Shown here: positions 13,401 to 21,712 of the stretch, in pieces
Layout: every line of letters begins with the position of its first letter
How positions within the stretch are numbered: position 1 is the stretch's first letter
Virus record (IMG/VR): IMGVR_UViG_3300007609_000010
Span: 18,492-82,491 of that record
DNA from: a virus
Reading direction: 5' to 3' (one strand)
DNA: 64,000 nt
Program-made: the position numbers and the translations under genes
Notes under the pieces: generated by a model
Database searches by the model: none
The model's input: only the letters and a program-made list of their open reading frames with translations
Told to the model about the DNA's origin: nothing

Positions 13401-16400
13401 TTAATACAACAAATCCTGGACTTATAGAATTTTTTGAACATGGCCCATTAAACGACGCAACTTATAAAGGAACATGGAATCCGAATCTTTCTTACAATGT
13501 AAATGATACAGTAAAATATGATGGAGATTATTATGTTGCTAAGATCAATATTCTTATTCAAAATGACGGCACTATTTTAGATAGAAATATCTGGGAAAAT
13601 GTCAGCTGGAGAAGATCAGTAGATCCCAACTTCAAGGGCGTGTGGGAAGTCGAAGAAGAATATGCAAGAGACAGCATTGTTATATATAACGGCGAGCAAT
13701 ATGTGTCACAAACTAATCTCGGAGCAGGAAATCTTGCCGACGCAGGCATCAGGAATCCAGTTGCAGCTAATACCAGTTGGACAAAACTGGAAAACAGTGT
13801 TGAATATGCTGGATTCATTCCTAGAATAATCGATCCAGTTTTGACTGAGATTTTAGATGATGAAACTGTGTTCAATACTGCTAACATTAGAGAGTTCACT
13901 GAAGATTATGTGCTAAGTCAAAAAGGAGAAGTGCTAGTAACAAAAGTCAGACAGGCAGCACAAGTTGATACGGTGCAGTTTGTTGTTTATAGACAAGACC
14001 TGAACGGCAGATATGTCAAAAGCCAAACCATAGTGTTTGAAGATAAAACCAAAGGTTATGGAACCAGTTTTGATATATCTGCTGACGGGGCTACATTTGC
14101 AGTATCGGAACCGCTTAATGCTGAACAGGGTACAGACATCGGAAAAGTCTATGTGTATGCAGTTTCCGGAGAACAATTTGATACTGAAAATGTAAGCGTA
14201 TTATTCCCTCCTAGCGGTCAAACTGCAAAATACTTTGGATACAGTCTTGCATTCAATACAGGAAGTTTAAACATTGCTGCCATTGACGAAACTAACTCCA
14301 TTGGCGAAGTTCTAGTTTATGAAAGCATTCAAAACACTTTGGTGTACAGCGAAAAACTGACTTATCCTGTGAACGATACTGACAGGGATCAAAAAGTATT
14401 TGGCTCGGCGAACCATGTTTATGTAGGCATGCCAGGAAAGCCTAACAACCAATTTGCTGGATCTTTGATAGAATACAGAAAAGACCTTAATGCAAAAGGG
14501 TGGGAGAGAACAAGAAGACTGATCAGTCCTGTAGATGTGGATAAAATACGAGGAGTATTCCTTTACAACAAAGAGTCAGAACAGAAAATTACCTATCTTG
14601 ATTATATCGATCCTGTCCAAGGAAAAATTGCAGGACCTGCTGAACAAAACCTCAGTTACAAAGTACCATATGATCCTGCTCAATACAATGTCGGCAATAC
14701 AGCCAATGACGTAAACTGGGCAGACGAACATGTAGGAAAACTTTGGTGGAATACAGGCAATGCAAGATTTACATATCCATATCAGGGCGACATAAACTAT
14801 CAAAGATCTAACTGGAACGAACTCCAGCCAGGTGCAACAATAGATGTTTATGAATGGGTAGAATCGTACTTGTTACCTAGTGCATGGGATTCAATAACAA
14901 ATACTGCTAAAGGTACTGAACTTGGTGTTACCGGTGTAACACTTTATGGTAATGACAAATACAGTAAGAAATTTGAGTTTGATAGAGAAGCACAAACCTT
15001 TAGAGAAAAATATTACTACTGGGTAAAGAATAAGAGAACTGTTCCTAACATTGAAGGAAGAACAATCAGCGCACTTGATGTTGCTCGACTGATAGCACAA
15101 CCCAGAGAGCAAGGATATAGATTTATAAGTTTCCTTGCAGACAACAGAATTGTTTTAAACAATTGTAAGTCACTTGTATCCGGTGATACCACCGTGTTAA
15201 ACATTGATTACATTACCAGTGATATCAGAGAGCAAAATGGGCATAGTGTGTATCAAATTATCACAGACGGCTTGGCGACAAGCTCTCCTAATGAAACTAT
15301 TGAACTCAAATGGTTTGACAGTTTAATAGGTTTTGATGTAAACGACAAACCTGTTCCCGATATTGCTTTAGCTGAAAAGCAAAAATACGGAGTACAAGCC
15401 AATCCAAGACAAGGCATGTTTGTAAACCGTATTGAAGCCCTAAAACAGTTTGTGGAAAGAACAAACAGCGTTCTTACAAATCATCTTGTGACTGAAAACT
15501 ACAATTTAGCCAATTTATCTTTGCAAGACGAAATTCCAGTTAGCTCACTGGGCGAATACGACGTGACTGTTGCTACCAAAGAAGAACTGTTTTTGGTAGG
15601 AACCAAAGTTCAACGGGCAGAGATTAATCCCATAATTGTAAATGGCAAAATAGTCAGGGTAGAAATCATCAACCCAGGAAGAGGATATAAACTTCCTCCT
15701 ACTTACGAAATTACAGGTACAGGAGGTTCTGCAACACTGGAATTCCAGATAAACAATCTAGGACAGATTACCAGTGCTACTGTTACTAATCCAGGCGAAA
15801 ATTATTCTGCAAATACCAGAATACTTGTGAGACCATTCTCGGTGCTGGTCGAATCCGACAAAGACGCTCTTAATAAGTGGGCGATATATGCTTACAATTC
15901 CTTCTCCAGTTCCTGGGATAGAGTAAAAGTGCAATATTTTGATGTGACTAGGTATTGGGAATATCAAGATTGGTTCGACACCGGGTATAGCGAAATAACA
16001 GAAATAGATCATTATATTGATGCCCAATATCAATTGAGTTCCTTAAATGATAAAGTAGGAGATATAATTAAAATTCAAAATGTAGGTTCCGGCGGCTGGC
16101 TAGCTCTCAGAAAAGTAAATGACAGAACAGACGATAACTTTGCTCTAAATTATTCTGTAGTAGGCAGGGAAAAAGGAACAATACGGTTGTTGCCTAGTCT
16201 TTACAACGCTGAAAGCAGCACCACAGGATTTGACAATCGCAGTTTTGATAACAATTTCTATGATGTAGACCCAAGAATAGAGTTAAGAGTAATTTTAGAA
16301 ACTTTAAGGGATGAAATATTTGCAAGCGAATTGAGAAGAGAATATAATCAGCTGTTTATTGCCAGCCTTAGATATATCCTCAACGAGCAAAAAAATCCAG

Positions 16401-18727
16401 ATTGGTTCTTTAAAACCAGCTTTATAAAAATTAAACATTTGGCCGGTACACTGGAACAAGATATCACTTATAATGCCGACCTGCTGAAAAGCTATACGCA
16501 ATATGTTGAAGAAGCAAAACCTTTCAAAACTGTTATTAGGGAATTTGTAAGCAAATATGCCAAAACAGAAGAAAGTCCAACCACTGTTACAGATTTTGAC
16601 CTAGCTCCTTATTATAACACACAACAGGAAAAAATAATACCTGCAAAAGTAAAACTAACAAGTGGTCAACCAGTATATAATGATTCTGTAATAGATCAAT
16701 ATCCTCGTAGACATTGGCTAGATAATTTTGGTAATGCTGTTACTGAAATCACCGTGCTAGATGGCGGTAGTGAATACAGATTTAAACCTGAAGTTGAAAT
16801 TGTAGGCGGATACGGCGAAGGCGCTCGCGCTGAAGCATTTATAGGATACGGACAGGTTACAAAAGTTATTGTAACACACGGCGGCTCAGGATATACTAGA
16901 TCTCCGCAAGTCAGAATTGCACCTCCTAGCAACAGTGCTGGAAAAACTGCTACTGCTGTGGCTACCCTAGGCGACAGTGTGGTAAGAAGTGTATCCAGTT
17001 TGATAAAGTTTGATAGAAATACAATTACAAATTTGTATGAAACTGATACCTTGCAATCCACAGAAACATTTACTGGCACAGGAGCCGACGTTGAGTTTAA
17101 ACTGAAATGGCCGATGGATCTAGATCGAAAGACGGTGCTAATAACCATAGACGGTGAAGAAATATTCGGCAGCCGATACAGCTACGAAAACATAAAGGAT
17201 ACGTCTAAGAGCTATACACGACAAATTGGAAAAGTTACACTGGTAAATCCGCCAAAAACCGGCGCCAACATTGTTATACAATACAGCAAGAATATTTCAC
17301 TGTTAAACGCTGTAGACAGAATAAAATTTGCTTACGCCCCGCAAGAAGGTATGTTTGGCAAAGACATCAGTCAGCTTATGGAAGGCGTAGACTTTGGCGG
17401 AGTAGAAGTAAAGAGCTTTGATTTTGTAACCAGCACAGGCTGGGACACAGAAGGATGGTTTAATGATATTTGGGACAATGCTGAACAGCCTCAAGATGAA
17501 ATTGTAACTTTAGATGGATCCACTAGTATAATCATATTAGGCGAGCCGTTAGAAGATAATGTTGATTATAACATATACAGAGTAAGCTACACTTTAAATG
17601 CAGAAGGCATTGAAGAAATCTATTCTAACGTAAGACTTGATGATCCTGCATATGGGACAGCTCAACAAAAAAATCTTAATGCAGTTTGTCGCACCTTGCG
17701 CGGCGACGGAAGCACACAGGTTGTGGATTTAGATGATCTGGGCATTAGAGTAGATCCGCAACCAGAAGAAGACAGAGTTACTATTGTGGTAAGAAAATCT
17801 ACCAGTGATGGTGCTGTAACTCCAGATAGAAACATTTACGATGCGGACATTGACGGCGGTAGATTAGATTACGGTAACGCCAAGGGTGTAAATGCAGAAG
17901 AAATAGTGATCGATGGCGACGGCTTTGTTACAGAATTCAATGCAGGCGGAGTAGAAGAACTTGTTCCAGGACAGGTAATGGATACCCTAGATATGCAGGT
18001 AACTACCAAAGGAGAAGATTCGACCACGGTGGTTAGATACAGATTGTTCAAAGATATTCTGAACAGAACTGCGTATAAGAGAATAGACAGTCCTACAACA
18101 ACTTTGGTAGAAGATTTAGGACAGGATGATCTCAGCATTGTTGTTGATGACGCAACTGATTTACCTGAACCTAACAGGAACAAAGCACTGCCTGGAGTAA
18201 TATGGATTGGCAAAGAAAGAATAGAATATTTTGTCAAGGAAGACAACTTGCTGCGCCAGATTCGCAGAGGTACACTGGGCACAGGAGTTGCAAACATTCA
18301 TCCTGTTGGCACCGAAGTATATGATCAAAGTGCAATAAAAAATATTCCGTATGCAGACAGTGAGCAATCACAGGTTGCAGTAAATGTAAACGAAATACCG
18401 TTAAACTTTGAAGCTTCTAACAATAACGAATTTGAAGTTTTTGTTAATGGTACTAGATTAAATGGGGTTGCTATATCTAAATTTGATTCAGCATTAGACC
18501 AAGATTCTCCTGAAGGAGACGTCATAATACCAGCCGACTACACACTGGAATATGTAAGTGGTACAACAGGACAGGTCAAGGTTGTGTTTACTAATCCTGA
18601 AATTATTGCTTTGACAAATAAAAACATTGTAATTGTAAGAAAACAAGGAACTTTGTGGAAAAATATCGGAGAATCACTTGCAGATACACAAACAAATATA
18701 GGATTTTTCTTAAGATCTGGAAACTAA
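4418..18727 (+). CDS. Giant (4769 aa) virion baseplate/tail-associated structural protein
   Basis: Uninterrupted 14.3-kb ORF with AGAGG RBS, next to the wedge gene. It has FG-GAP-like propeller motifs (FGESVAV, FGYSLAF), five CBM5/12-like W-x4-Y-x2-G-x2-V-x-Y repeats, and 'IINPGRGY/VTNPGENY/DGGSEY/HGGSGY' repeats typical of large myophage structural proteins. Confidence 0.75.
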   Translation: MSSNSQNEFGAPTQGESNRTSARFLPRFFRSEANLKFLQATVDQLTQPGVAEKLGGFFGRKIAKGYRPGDVYVGDVNSQRENYQLEPALVIKNELGNVTYYKDYNDYINSLSFFNVNTANHDKLNRQESYPWNPNIDWDKFVNFREYYWLPDGPLSVPVRGQAREIQSTFTVSVEEADGDFSYVFNNKFTRNPSLKLYRGQTYRFEINCPGHPFAVAVTRSFTPGNAVVVAGNEGIRQDGLFGADLYGNNYDIGDWLVLPDSGSVTFDDDENVSTLYPDGIRKLGEGGEEIANVYIEQGVLEFTVPVNSPDRLFYISKNDIDVSGLFKIYDIEENSFIDVEEEVIGKKYYTSSNGVEFTNGLKVFFRGVTEPVTYQEGEYYVEGVGHAIKLIPADDLVITQTYSNDVLQPFDEQAFDEMPFGAANSYPVKKDYLTISRASNDLNAWSRSNRWFHRDVIEQSYVYNEIPIDVEETGKAKRPIIEFEPGLKLYNYGTFTKQSVDVIDTFTTDVFSTVEGTTGYNVDGVELIAGMRVLFAADTDIIVNGAIYEVKFVKVGNEERITFVETADSFPLENENVLVKQGNQFAGKLFFYNGERWIQAQDKLDVNQAPLFDLCCPAGNYYSDLEVFDSSTFTGCKVFSYKEGTGTNDTELGFPLTYRNINNTGDILFEFNLLTDSFTVQNEDEIVTVTTDTSFLRSYSTRTDFEYRNGWSTTPVVSRQKVLRHYDATESQTNNFEIDVYNNAGDLNDLKIAVFVNEVFKQQGLHYEIDRLNGRAYVRFLDNLAPNDVVLIKSTSSTAKNANGHYEVPYNLERNPLNQNISDFTLGEVIDHVDSMIEDIPEFSGSYPGRSNLRDVGKLDGYGKRFLKHAGPLNLPMYSITTKEYNIVRAIEYGKNEYTKFKRNFLITAADLGVDAEIPVHVDAVLEELNKDKVNTQPFYFSDMLGYKSSNTIYYNVVDNENPYYGLPDEFSLNNLNNKSILIYLNGNQLIFNKDYQFTDEQFAYIQAGQQIGDEIEIVEYESTDGSYIPPTPTKLGLYPRFEPELVIDEQWLDNQQDVNVTRPYAVYGENLNNHLDRGWFYPLYLDRKTAKTDDPDESVIQIMFKGSSRIFYAPASKINLGTSVPPEQYTEFPIGATFVKGHDGSLFKCYKDYRDLLLLELETRIYNNIKVDYDKTQINIHSYVGGRFRDTGLSNADIDRILIKDFADWNRVANIDYTANTVFQNQDQFSYNYSTAGSIVDNNSLPGYWRAVYKDAFDTDRPHTHPWEMLGFSIKPVWWDEVYGVPPYTSNNTILWNDLQEGIVREPGKGVVIKSDYARPGLVNFLPVDNQGQLKAPINANYAKNIVLRNTDDSFEFGDQAPVESAWRRSSEYPFSLIKAIMLNRPADFIGKAFDVARISRNLAGQYIYSETGKHLELDKLVFPNTYQDNRRIPASGLVNYIYNLVGSNVLTVYEDYKNNIKNIRNQLGIKLAGYTDKQKLNLLLQSKSPSEENAQGIFIPEENYDVFLNVSSPVDNVNYSGVLIEVRPDGYIIQGYNADTPMFRYYTPVGKQGDITVVAGGESANVVQWQPNKLYVNGQIVENNFSYFRVTQDFTSGPAFSDDNLAKLPELPITGGQRAQIKTGFNKSRVLELNYGAKLKTVQEVVDFLLGYGEYLKDQGFRFEYFDQNYQRVEDWKSAAKEFLFWSSQGWAAGTVIGLSPSAYEIQFRRDFAVVDDIFDNFYRYSLLAENGNPLERRFSNVLREKNSFNLSVSQTDNGIYNLTLPTVQKEHVILLDNETIFNDILYQPYSGYRQERIKVLGYRSDNWDGSLNIPGFVFDDATVTEWEPWQDYSIGSLVKYKEFYYVSLYQVYGSAEFNPNFWSRLSEKPESQLMTNFDFRVNQFADFYDVESIGFDEDQQRLAQHLIGYQKRDYLANIINDEVSQFKFYQGFIQDKGTRNSIDKLFNSLEGQTESLDFYEEWAVQSGFYGDFDKIKQVAIPLQEDKMLETPQGIELVDYIPQGVFDTTYRVRPFQLENKPADFTVNCFPTTKLQEYVLTGGYVHEDDVDYKIQTISELETVDNNLISIGEYLWVTDEEPNNWNVYRVLESLITINSFAINEDLNELGQTIATVEFSGAEVDIIAGDVIAINDAQLYNILGFFIVDEIDSSTCTLVIPEENNFKDFVDESFACVVLKSARVSNFTEFNTVAETFDLDSQKIWIDSYEGPDLWAVLQNEPVYENTYELLNPADVAESTEIFDETQLYAKDFATSLDNKLLFTSAPGLDNGVVYLYRRDQDVDEPILSQTINNPNLNFDGTESKFGESVAVTEDGEYVAIGIPDASSIKTKYQGIYRVSQDYNKGDIVKHKGSLWQAVRQVFGQQSNRQYSTFDSYIDIDARTFEDSSVIKLLLTGSPGLQNRQVNHFLVRAPADMYLGSKIGDQLKLEWNEFTYLNGDINTPYYPWNNSIPELGYNSSTDNIFIEDFHEIKGKIDKVLILPEYKRAVQVGDQVQTETGFADVAYVDISAGTMVLYINNLRGSFSSADTLQFFDFNTAITEEVGEYTEVDYGFTDDFNGFWIVQLDSSDSGFAFNENNSNYDNGTTFYEVGTGLVIADVIQSEEFDSAGRERNLYFNVIDSIKSIGAVPSNNLKSSMIHNLGDKYMVRMSPEMTAELEYRFAKRKQNLNATFGDTPAVKDSLNGSFINLVLGEYDEIYEDSDDYLPISSRPQIRFNLFDYVGSPFYNEADDAGLFFQAVNGRKTVTDLWDGYIDVTLKEVDPETGNLYRFKANDTISDVQRPFDIFQRPSAVPFNTIPENIAVVTSVKDNIDGRFDRQRLYIKIKSGAWELENNIAQIELERRREFDADRIIGEIENYANDVIVPSRFIGKFMVIDSADLGTGSNYVLENAEYFITTESLNELGADSVPSVPSSLNRDYEQVYNITTNNGGTPGKANEGCVAIFQRSGPDNYNLSRIIVSEQNFGVLNNRFGKNVKFVKNGLQYRLSVASDGDFNTTNPGLIEFFEHGPLNDATYKGTWNPNLSYNVNDTVKYDGDYYVAKINILIQNDGTILDRNIWENVSWRRSVDPNFKGVWEVEEEYARDSIVIYNGEQYVSQTNLGAGNLADAGIRNPVAANTSWTKLENSVEYAGFIPRIIDPVLTEILDDETVFNTANIREFTEDYVLSQKGEVLVTKVRQAAQVDTVQFVVYRQDLNGRYVKSQTIVFEDKTKGYGTSFDISADGATFAVSEPLNAEQGTDIGKVYVYAVSGEQFDTENVSVLFPPSGQTAKYFGYSLAFNTGSLNIAAIDETNSIGEVLVYESIQNTLVYSEKLTYPVNDTDRDQKVFGSANHVYVGMPGKPNNQFAGSLIEYRKDLNAKGWERTRRLISPVDVDKIRGVFLYNKESEQKITYLDYIDPVQGKIAGPAEQNLSYKVPYDPAQYNVGNTANDVNWADEHVGKLWWNTGNARFTYPYQGDINYQRSNWNELQPGATIDVYEWVESYLLPSAWDSITNTAKGTELGVTGVTLYGNDKYSKKFEFDREAQTFREKYYYWVKNKRTVPNIEGRTISALDVARLIAQPREQGYRFISFLADNRIVLNNCKSLVSGDTTVLNIDYITSDIREQNGHSVYQIITDGLATSSPNETIELKWFDSLIGFDVNDKPVPDIALAEKQKYGVQANPRQGMFVNRIEALKQFVERTNSVLTNHLVTENYNLANLSLQDEIPVSSLGEYDVTVATKEELFLVGTKVQRAEINPIIVNGKIVRVEIINPGRGYKLPPTYEITGTGGSATLEFQINNLGQITSATVTNPGENYSANTRILVRPFSVLVESDKDALNKWAIYAYNSFSSSWDRVKVQYFDVTRYWEYQDWFDTGYSEITEIDHYIDAQYQLSSLNDKVGDIIKIQNVGSGGWLALRKVNDRTDDNFALNYSVVGREKGTIRLLPSLYNAESSTTGFDNRSFDNNFYDVDPRIELRVILETLRDEIFASELRREYNQLFIASLRYILNEQKNPDWFFKTSFIKIKHLAGTLEQDITYNADLLKSYTQYVEEAKPFKTVIREFVSKYAKTEESPTTVTDFDLAPYYNTQQEKIIPAKVKLTSGQPVYNDSVIDQYPRRHWLDNFGNAVTEITVLDGGSEYRFKPEVEIVGGYGEGARAEAFIGYGQVTKVIVTHGGSGYTRSPQVRIAPPSNSAGKTATAVATLGDSVVRSVSSLIKFDRNTITNLYETDTLQSTETFTGTGADVEFKLKWPMDLDRKTVLITIDGEEIFGSRYSYENIKDTSKSYTRQIGKVTLVNPPKTGANIVIQYSKNISLLNAVDRIKFAYAPQEGMFGKDISQLMEGVDFGGVEVKSFDFVTSTGWDTEGWFNDIWDNAEQPQDEIVTLDGSTSIIILGEPLEDNVDYNIYRVSYTLNAEGIEEIYSNVRLDDPAYGTAQQKNLNAVCRTLRGDGSTQVVDLDDLGIRVDPQPEEDRVTIVVRKSTSDGAVTPDRNIYDADIDGGRLDYGNAKGVNAEEIVIDGDGFVTEFNAGGVEELVPGQVMDTLDMQVTTKGEDSTTVVRYRLFKDILNRTAYKRIDSPTTTLVEDLGQDDLSIVVDDATDLPEPNRNKALPGVIWIGKERIEYFVKEDNLLRQIRRGTLGTGVANIHPVGTEVYDQSAIKNIPYADSEQSQVAVNVNEIPLNFEASNNNEFEVFVNGTRLNGVAISKFDSALDQDSPEGDVIIPADYTLEYVSGTTGQVKVVFTNPEIIALTNKNIVIVRKQGTLWKNIGESLADTQTNIGFFLRSGN

Positions 18728-18733
18728 TAAATA
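18727..18733 (+). promoter_or_regulatory. T4-late-like promoter motif (ATAAATA)
   Basis: Lies in the short gap before the AGGA RBS of 18753; the same motif recurs in other intergenic gaps. Confidence 0.6.
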
Positions 18734-18752
18734 CACGTATAGGAAATTTAAA

Positions 18753-19367
18753 ATGAACAGTCTACAAGATTTAAACGGAATTTCAGTACAGGGTCATATT
18801 AAAATATATGATCCACAAAGTCAAGAAATTTTTGTCCAAAAAAGAAATGCTATCCACTATGAAAACATGAGTGTAGCCTTAGCGGAAAGCGTGTCAAATC
18901 AAGGACAGGGCTTTATCTATGAAATGAGTTTTGGTAACGGCGGCACAAGTGTTGACCCTACAGGAATTATTGCATACCTTACTCCAAACTCAACTGGCAC
19001 CAATGCTGATCTGTATAACCAAACTTATTCCAAAGTGGTAATTGACGACGGAACGCTGAATACAAATCCTGCACAAAATTTCCTAGAGACACGACACGTC
19101 AGCGGCACTAACTATACTGATGTTGTTGTAAGCTGTTTATTAGATTACGGAGAACCCGAAGGCCAAGAAGCATTTGATAATGCAACAGATATGCAAAGTG
19201 ACTTTGTGTTTGACGAACTAGGACTTAGAAGTCGAGCTGCTGATCCTAACAGCCAGGGCAGGCTTATTACACATGTAATTTTCCATCCTGTGCAAAAAAG
19301 TCTTAACAGGCTTATACAGATTGATTACACTGTGAGAATTCAAAGTCTAAGCGGAGGTAATCTATAA
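18753..19367 (+). CDS. Putative baseplate/tail-fibre attachment structural protein
   Basis: 204 aa, between the giant protein and the fibre genes. 'FGNGG', 'FVFDELGL' and 'LITHVIFHPVQKS' resemble phage fibre-proximal domains. TAATG coupling to the next gene. Confidence 0.55.
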   Translation: MNSLQDLNGISVQGHIKIYDPQSQEIFVQKRNAIHYENMSVALAESVSNQGQGFIYEMSFGNGGTSVDPTGIIAYLTPNSTGTNADLYNQTYSKVVIDDGTLNTNPAQNFLETRHVSGTNYTDVVVSCLLDYGEPEGQEAFDNATDMQSDFVFDELGLRSRAADPNSQGRLITHVIFHPVQKSLNRLIQIDYTVRIQSLSGGNL

Positions 19368-21709
19368 TGCCATACGAAATTAGATATACGGACTACCAAA
19401 ACAAGGGAGAAATCTTCGTAGAAGACAGTACCATAAACACTGATACTTCGTTGTCTATTCCTGGCAAAGGTGCTACAGGGTATGGAAAGGCGATTGCCGA
19501 AAACTTTTTGCATGTGCTGGAAAATTTTGCAGGTCCAAGCGAGCCGCTAAATCCCATAGAAGGACAACTTTGGTATGACACTTCTAATGGAGCAGATCAG
19601 CTTAAAATTTATGATGCAACACAATGGAAGCCAGCCGCAGGATTTACAAAATCAGCAAGTCAACCAGCTCCTAGCCAATCAGATACTGGCGATTTATGGG
19701 TAGACACAAATAATCAACAACTTTTTGTTTATACAGGCAACAGTTGGACACTGATTGGTCCAGAATTTGGATCTGGGTTGCTTACTGGCGGAATAGCTGA
19801 AACTGTAATAGACGTTAATAATGTTGAACGACAAATTTTTACTCTGAAAATTACAGATATTCCTTATTTAATTTTAAGTTCAGAAGAATTTACTCCAAAA
19901 GCAAAAATATCAGGATTTACTACTATTAAAAAGGGGGTAAATCTGCGCAATGAATCTCCCAGCGTAGCTAATAATCCTATCAAGTATGCAGGAATATCTG
20001 ATTCCGCAAAGGCATTAACTGTGGAAACTGCTGGCGGATCCGAAACTGTGCAGTCAGAAAACTTTTTGAGAAGAGATGCTGCCGGTATTATTAACAGTAC
20101 TTTCAAAGTTAAAACCAATGAAGGAATGAATGTTGGATTAGACGACCAGTTTGGCATAAGTCTTAGCGGAAATTCCGTAGAGCTTAGAAATCGCAATCAG
20201 GATGCATCTTCTATTGACATGATTATTAACAATGATAATGTTCTTAGAGTGAGAGACGGTCAACGAGTTGGCATAAACAATTTAAATCCAACAGTTGCTT
20301 TAGATGTTTTAGGAAGTGTAAAAATAGGCCCATTGTCAGACAATGCTGATTCGGGTAAATTAACTATTGAAAGCGTAGACGACAGCGAAGGACTAGAACA
20401 AGGAAGTTTTGTTACCAAAGGCGGCGCAAGCATCAGTCTAAATCTAAATGTTGGAGCCAACATGTCAGTGGGAGGTACGTCCACATACCAAGGAAACTTA
20501 ATTCCGGCAGACGACAGTCAGTATAATATTGGTGCTGAATTGCAAAAATTCAACAACATTTATGCAGTAAACTTTGTTGGTAGCATGCAAGGAGATGTCA
20601 CAGGACGTCTTAATGGAATTGCAGAGCGTGCAAATCAATTAACAAATGCAACTACATTCGGTGTGACTGGAGATATAGAAGCAGACAGTTTTGATTTCGA
20701 CGGCTTGACCGGCGGCAATACTAAAACATTTAACATGTCTATCAAAAACAGTTTTATTGCAAACAAAGATCAAGTCAGTAATGTTGACAACACTGATGAG
20801 ATTTTGGTTAATAAGATCACAGGCAATACTGGTGTATTCAAAGTTAGTAAATTTGATTTTCTAAAATCAGTGCCCGTTACTCCAGTTGGTACTGTGGTTC
20901 CTTATGCTGGACAAACTCCGCCAACAGGCTGGTTATTATGCGACGGCTCCGTTGTTCTAAAGAGTGACTATAATGATTTATGGCAAGTGATAGGACACAG
21001 TTTTAGAGATCCTGTGCTGTTAGCAGACGGCGGATCATTGAGCTTTGCCTTACCTGACATGAGAGGTAGAATGCCTCTAGGTTTAGATGATATGGGAGGC
21101 CAAGTTGCTAACAGAGTTACTACATCAGTACAAAGCTTTACAAATGTGAAACCACAAAACACATTAGGAACAGGTGTAAATGCAGTATTTAATGTGCAAA
21201 CAAATTCAGGAAATTACAGTTTACAAGTTTCAGAAGCAGGTCAAAATTATCGCGTAGGTGATAGACTTATTGTTACAGGTGACATATTCGGCGGCGCAAG
21301 TCCTACACATGATTTAGAAATCACAGTTACCAGTGTAACCAACGGCGGCATTACAGCATTTAACTTTACAGGAACAGCTTTCCGAGGATTTGTGCCAGAC
21401 GAAGTAGGCGCAAGCGGCGGCTCGCAAAGTCGCAGTATCGGGGTTGAGAATTTACCAGAACACGAGCATGACCTACAAGGTGACCAGAGCCAGTTTTATG
21501 CTGTGAGTCAGCGTCCACAAGATCCTGCAAATCCAGGACAACTAGAAACAGATCCTGACGCGATTCCTCTTGCAATTGAACAAGGTGCTACGTCGTATCA
21601 AGGAGTACCTAATACAGGCGGAGTAGGCGGCAGTAGTACGCTAGGGGTTCCAGTCAATGTAATGAACCCATACTTAGCATTGAATTACATAGTTTACGCA
21701 GGGGCTTAA
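19367..21709 (+). CDS. Tail fibre protein with tail-collar domain
   Basis: Collar motif PVGTVVPYAG..PPTGWLLCDG...FALPDMRGRMPLG; HxH motif (EHEH); C-terminal MNPYLALNYIV; GGAGG RBS. Confidence 0.85.
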   Translation: MPYEIRYTDYQNKGEIFVEDSTINTDTSLSIPGKGATGYGKAIAENFLHVLENFAGPSEPLNPIEGQLWYDTSNGADQLKIYDATQWKPAAGFTKSASQPAPSQSDTGDLWVDTNNQQLFVYTGNSWTLIGPEFGSGLLTGGIAETVIDVNNVERQIFTLKITDIPYLILSSEEFTPKAKISGFTTIKKGVNLRNESPSVANNPIKYAGISDSAKALTVETAGGSETVQSENFLRRDAAGIINSTFKVKTNEGMNVGLDDQFGISLSGNSVELRNRNQDASSIDMIINNDNVLRVRDGQRVGINNLNPTVALDVLGSVKIGPLSDNADSGKLTIESVDDSEGLEQGSFVTKGGASISLNLNVGANMSVGGTSTYQGNLIPADDSQYNIGAELQKFNNIYAVNFVGSMQGDVTGRLNGIAERANQLTNATTFGVTGDIEADSFDFDGLTGGNTKTFNMSIKNSFIANKDQVSNVDNTDEILVNKITGNTGVFKVSKFDFLKSVPVTPVGTVVPYAGQTPPTGWLLCDGSVVLKSDYNDLWQVIGHSFRDPVLLADGGSLSFALPDMRGRMPLGLDDMGGQVANRVTTSVQSFTNVKPQNTLGTGVNAVFNVQTNSGNYSLQVSEAGQNYRVGDRLIVTGDIFGGASPTHDLEITVTSVTNGGITAFNFTGTAFRGFVPDEVGASGGSQSRSIGVENLPEHEHDLQGDQSQFYAVSQRPQDPANPGQLETDPDAIPLAIEQGATSYQGVPNTGGVGGSSTLGVPVNVMNPYLALNYIVYAGA

Positions 21710-21712
21710 TAA

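Noticed and set aside
4418-18727. Intein, or tape-measure protein, as an explanation for the giant ORF
   Set aside because: No intein splice-junction or LAGLIDADG motifs were noticed. The composition is beta-rich and aromatic rather than the Ala-rich helical pattern of tape measures.
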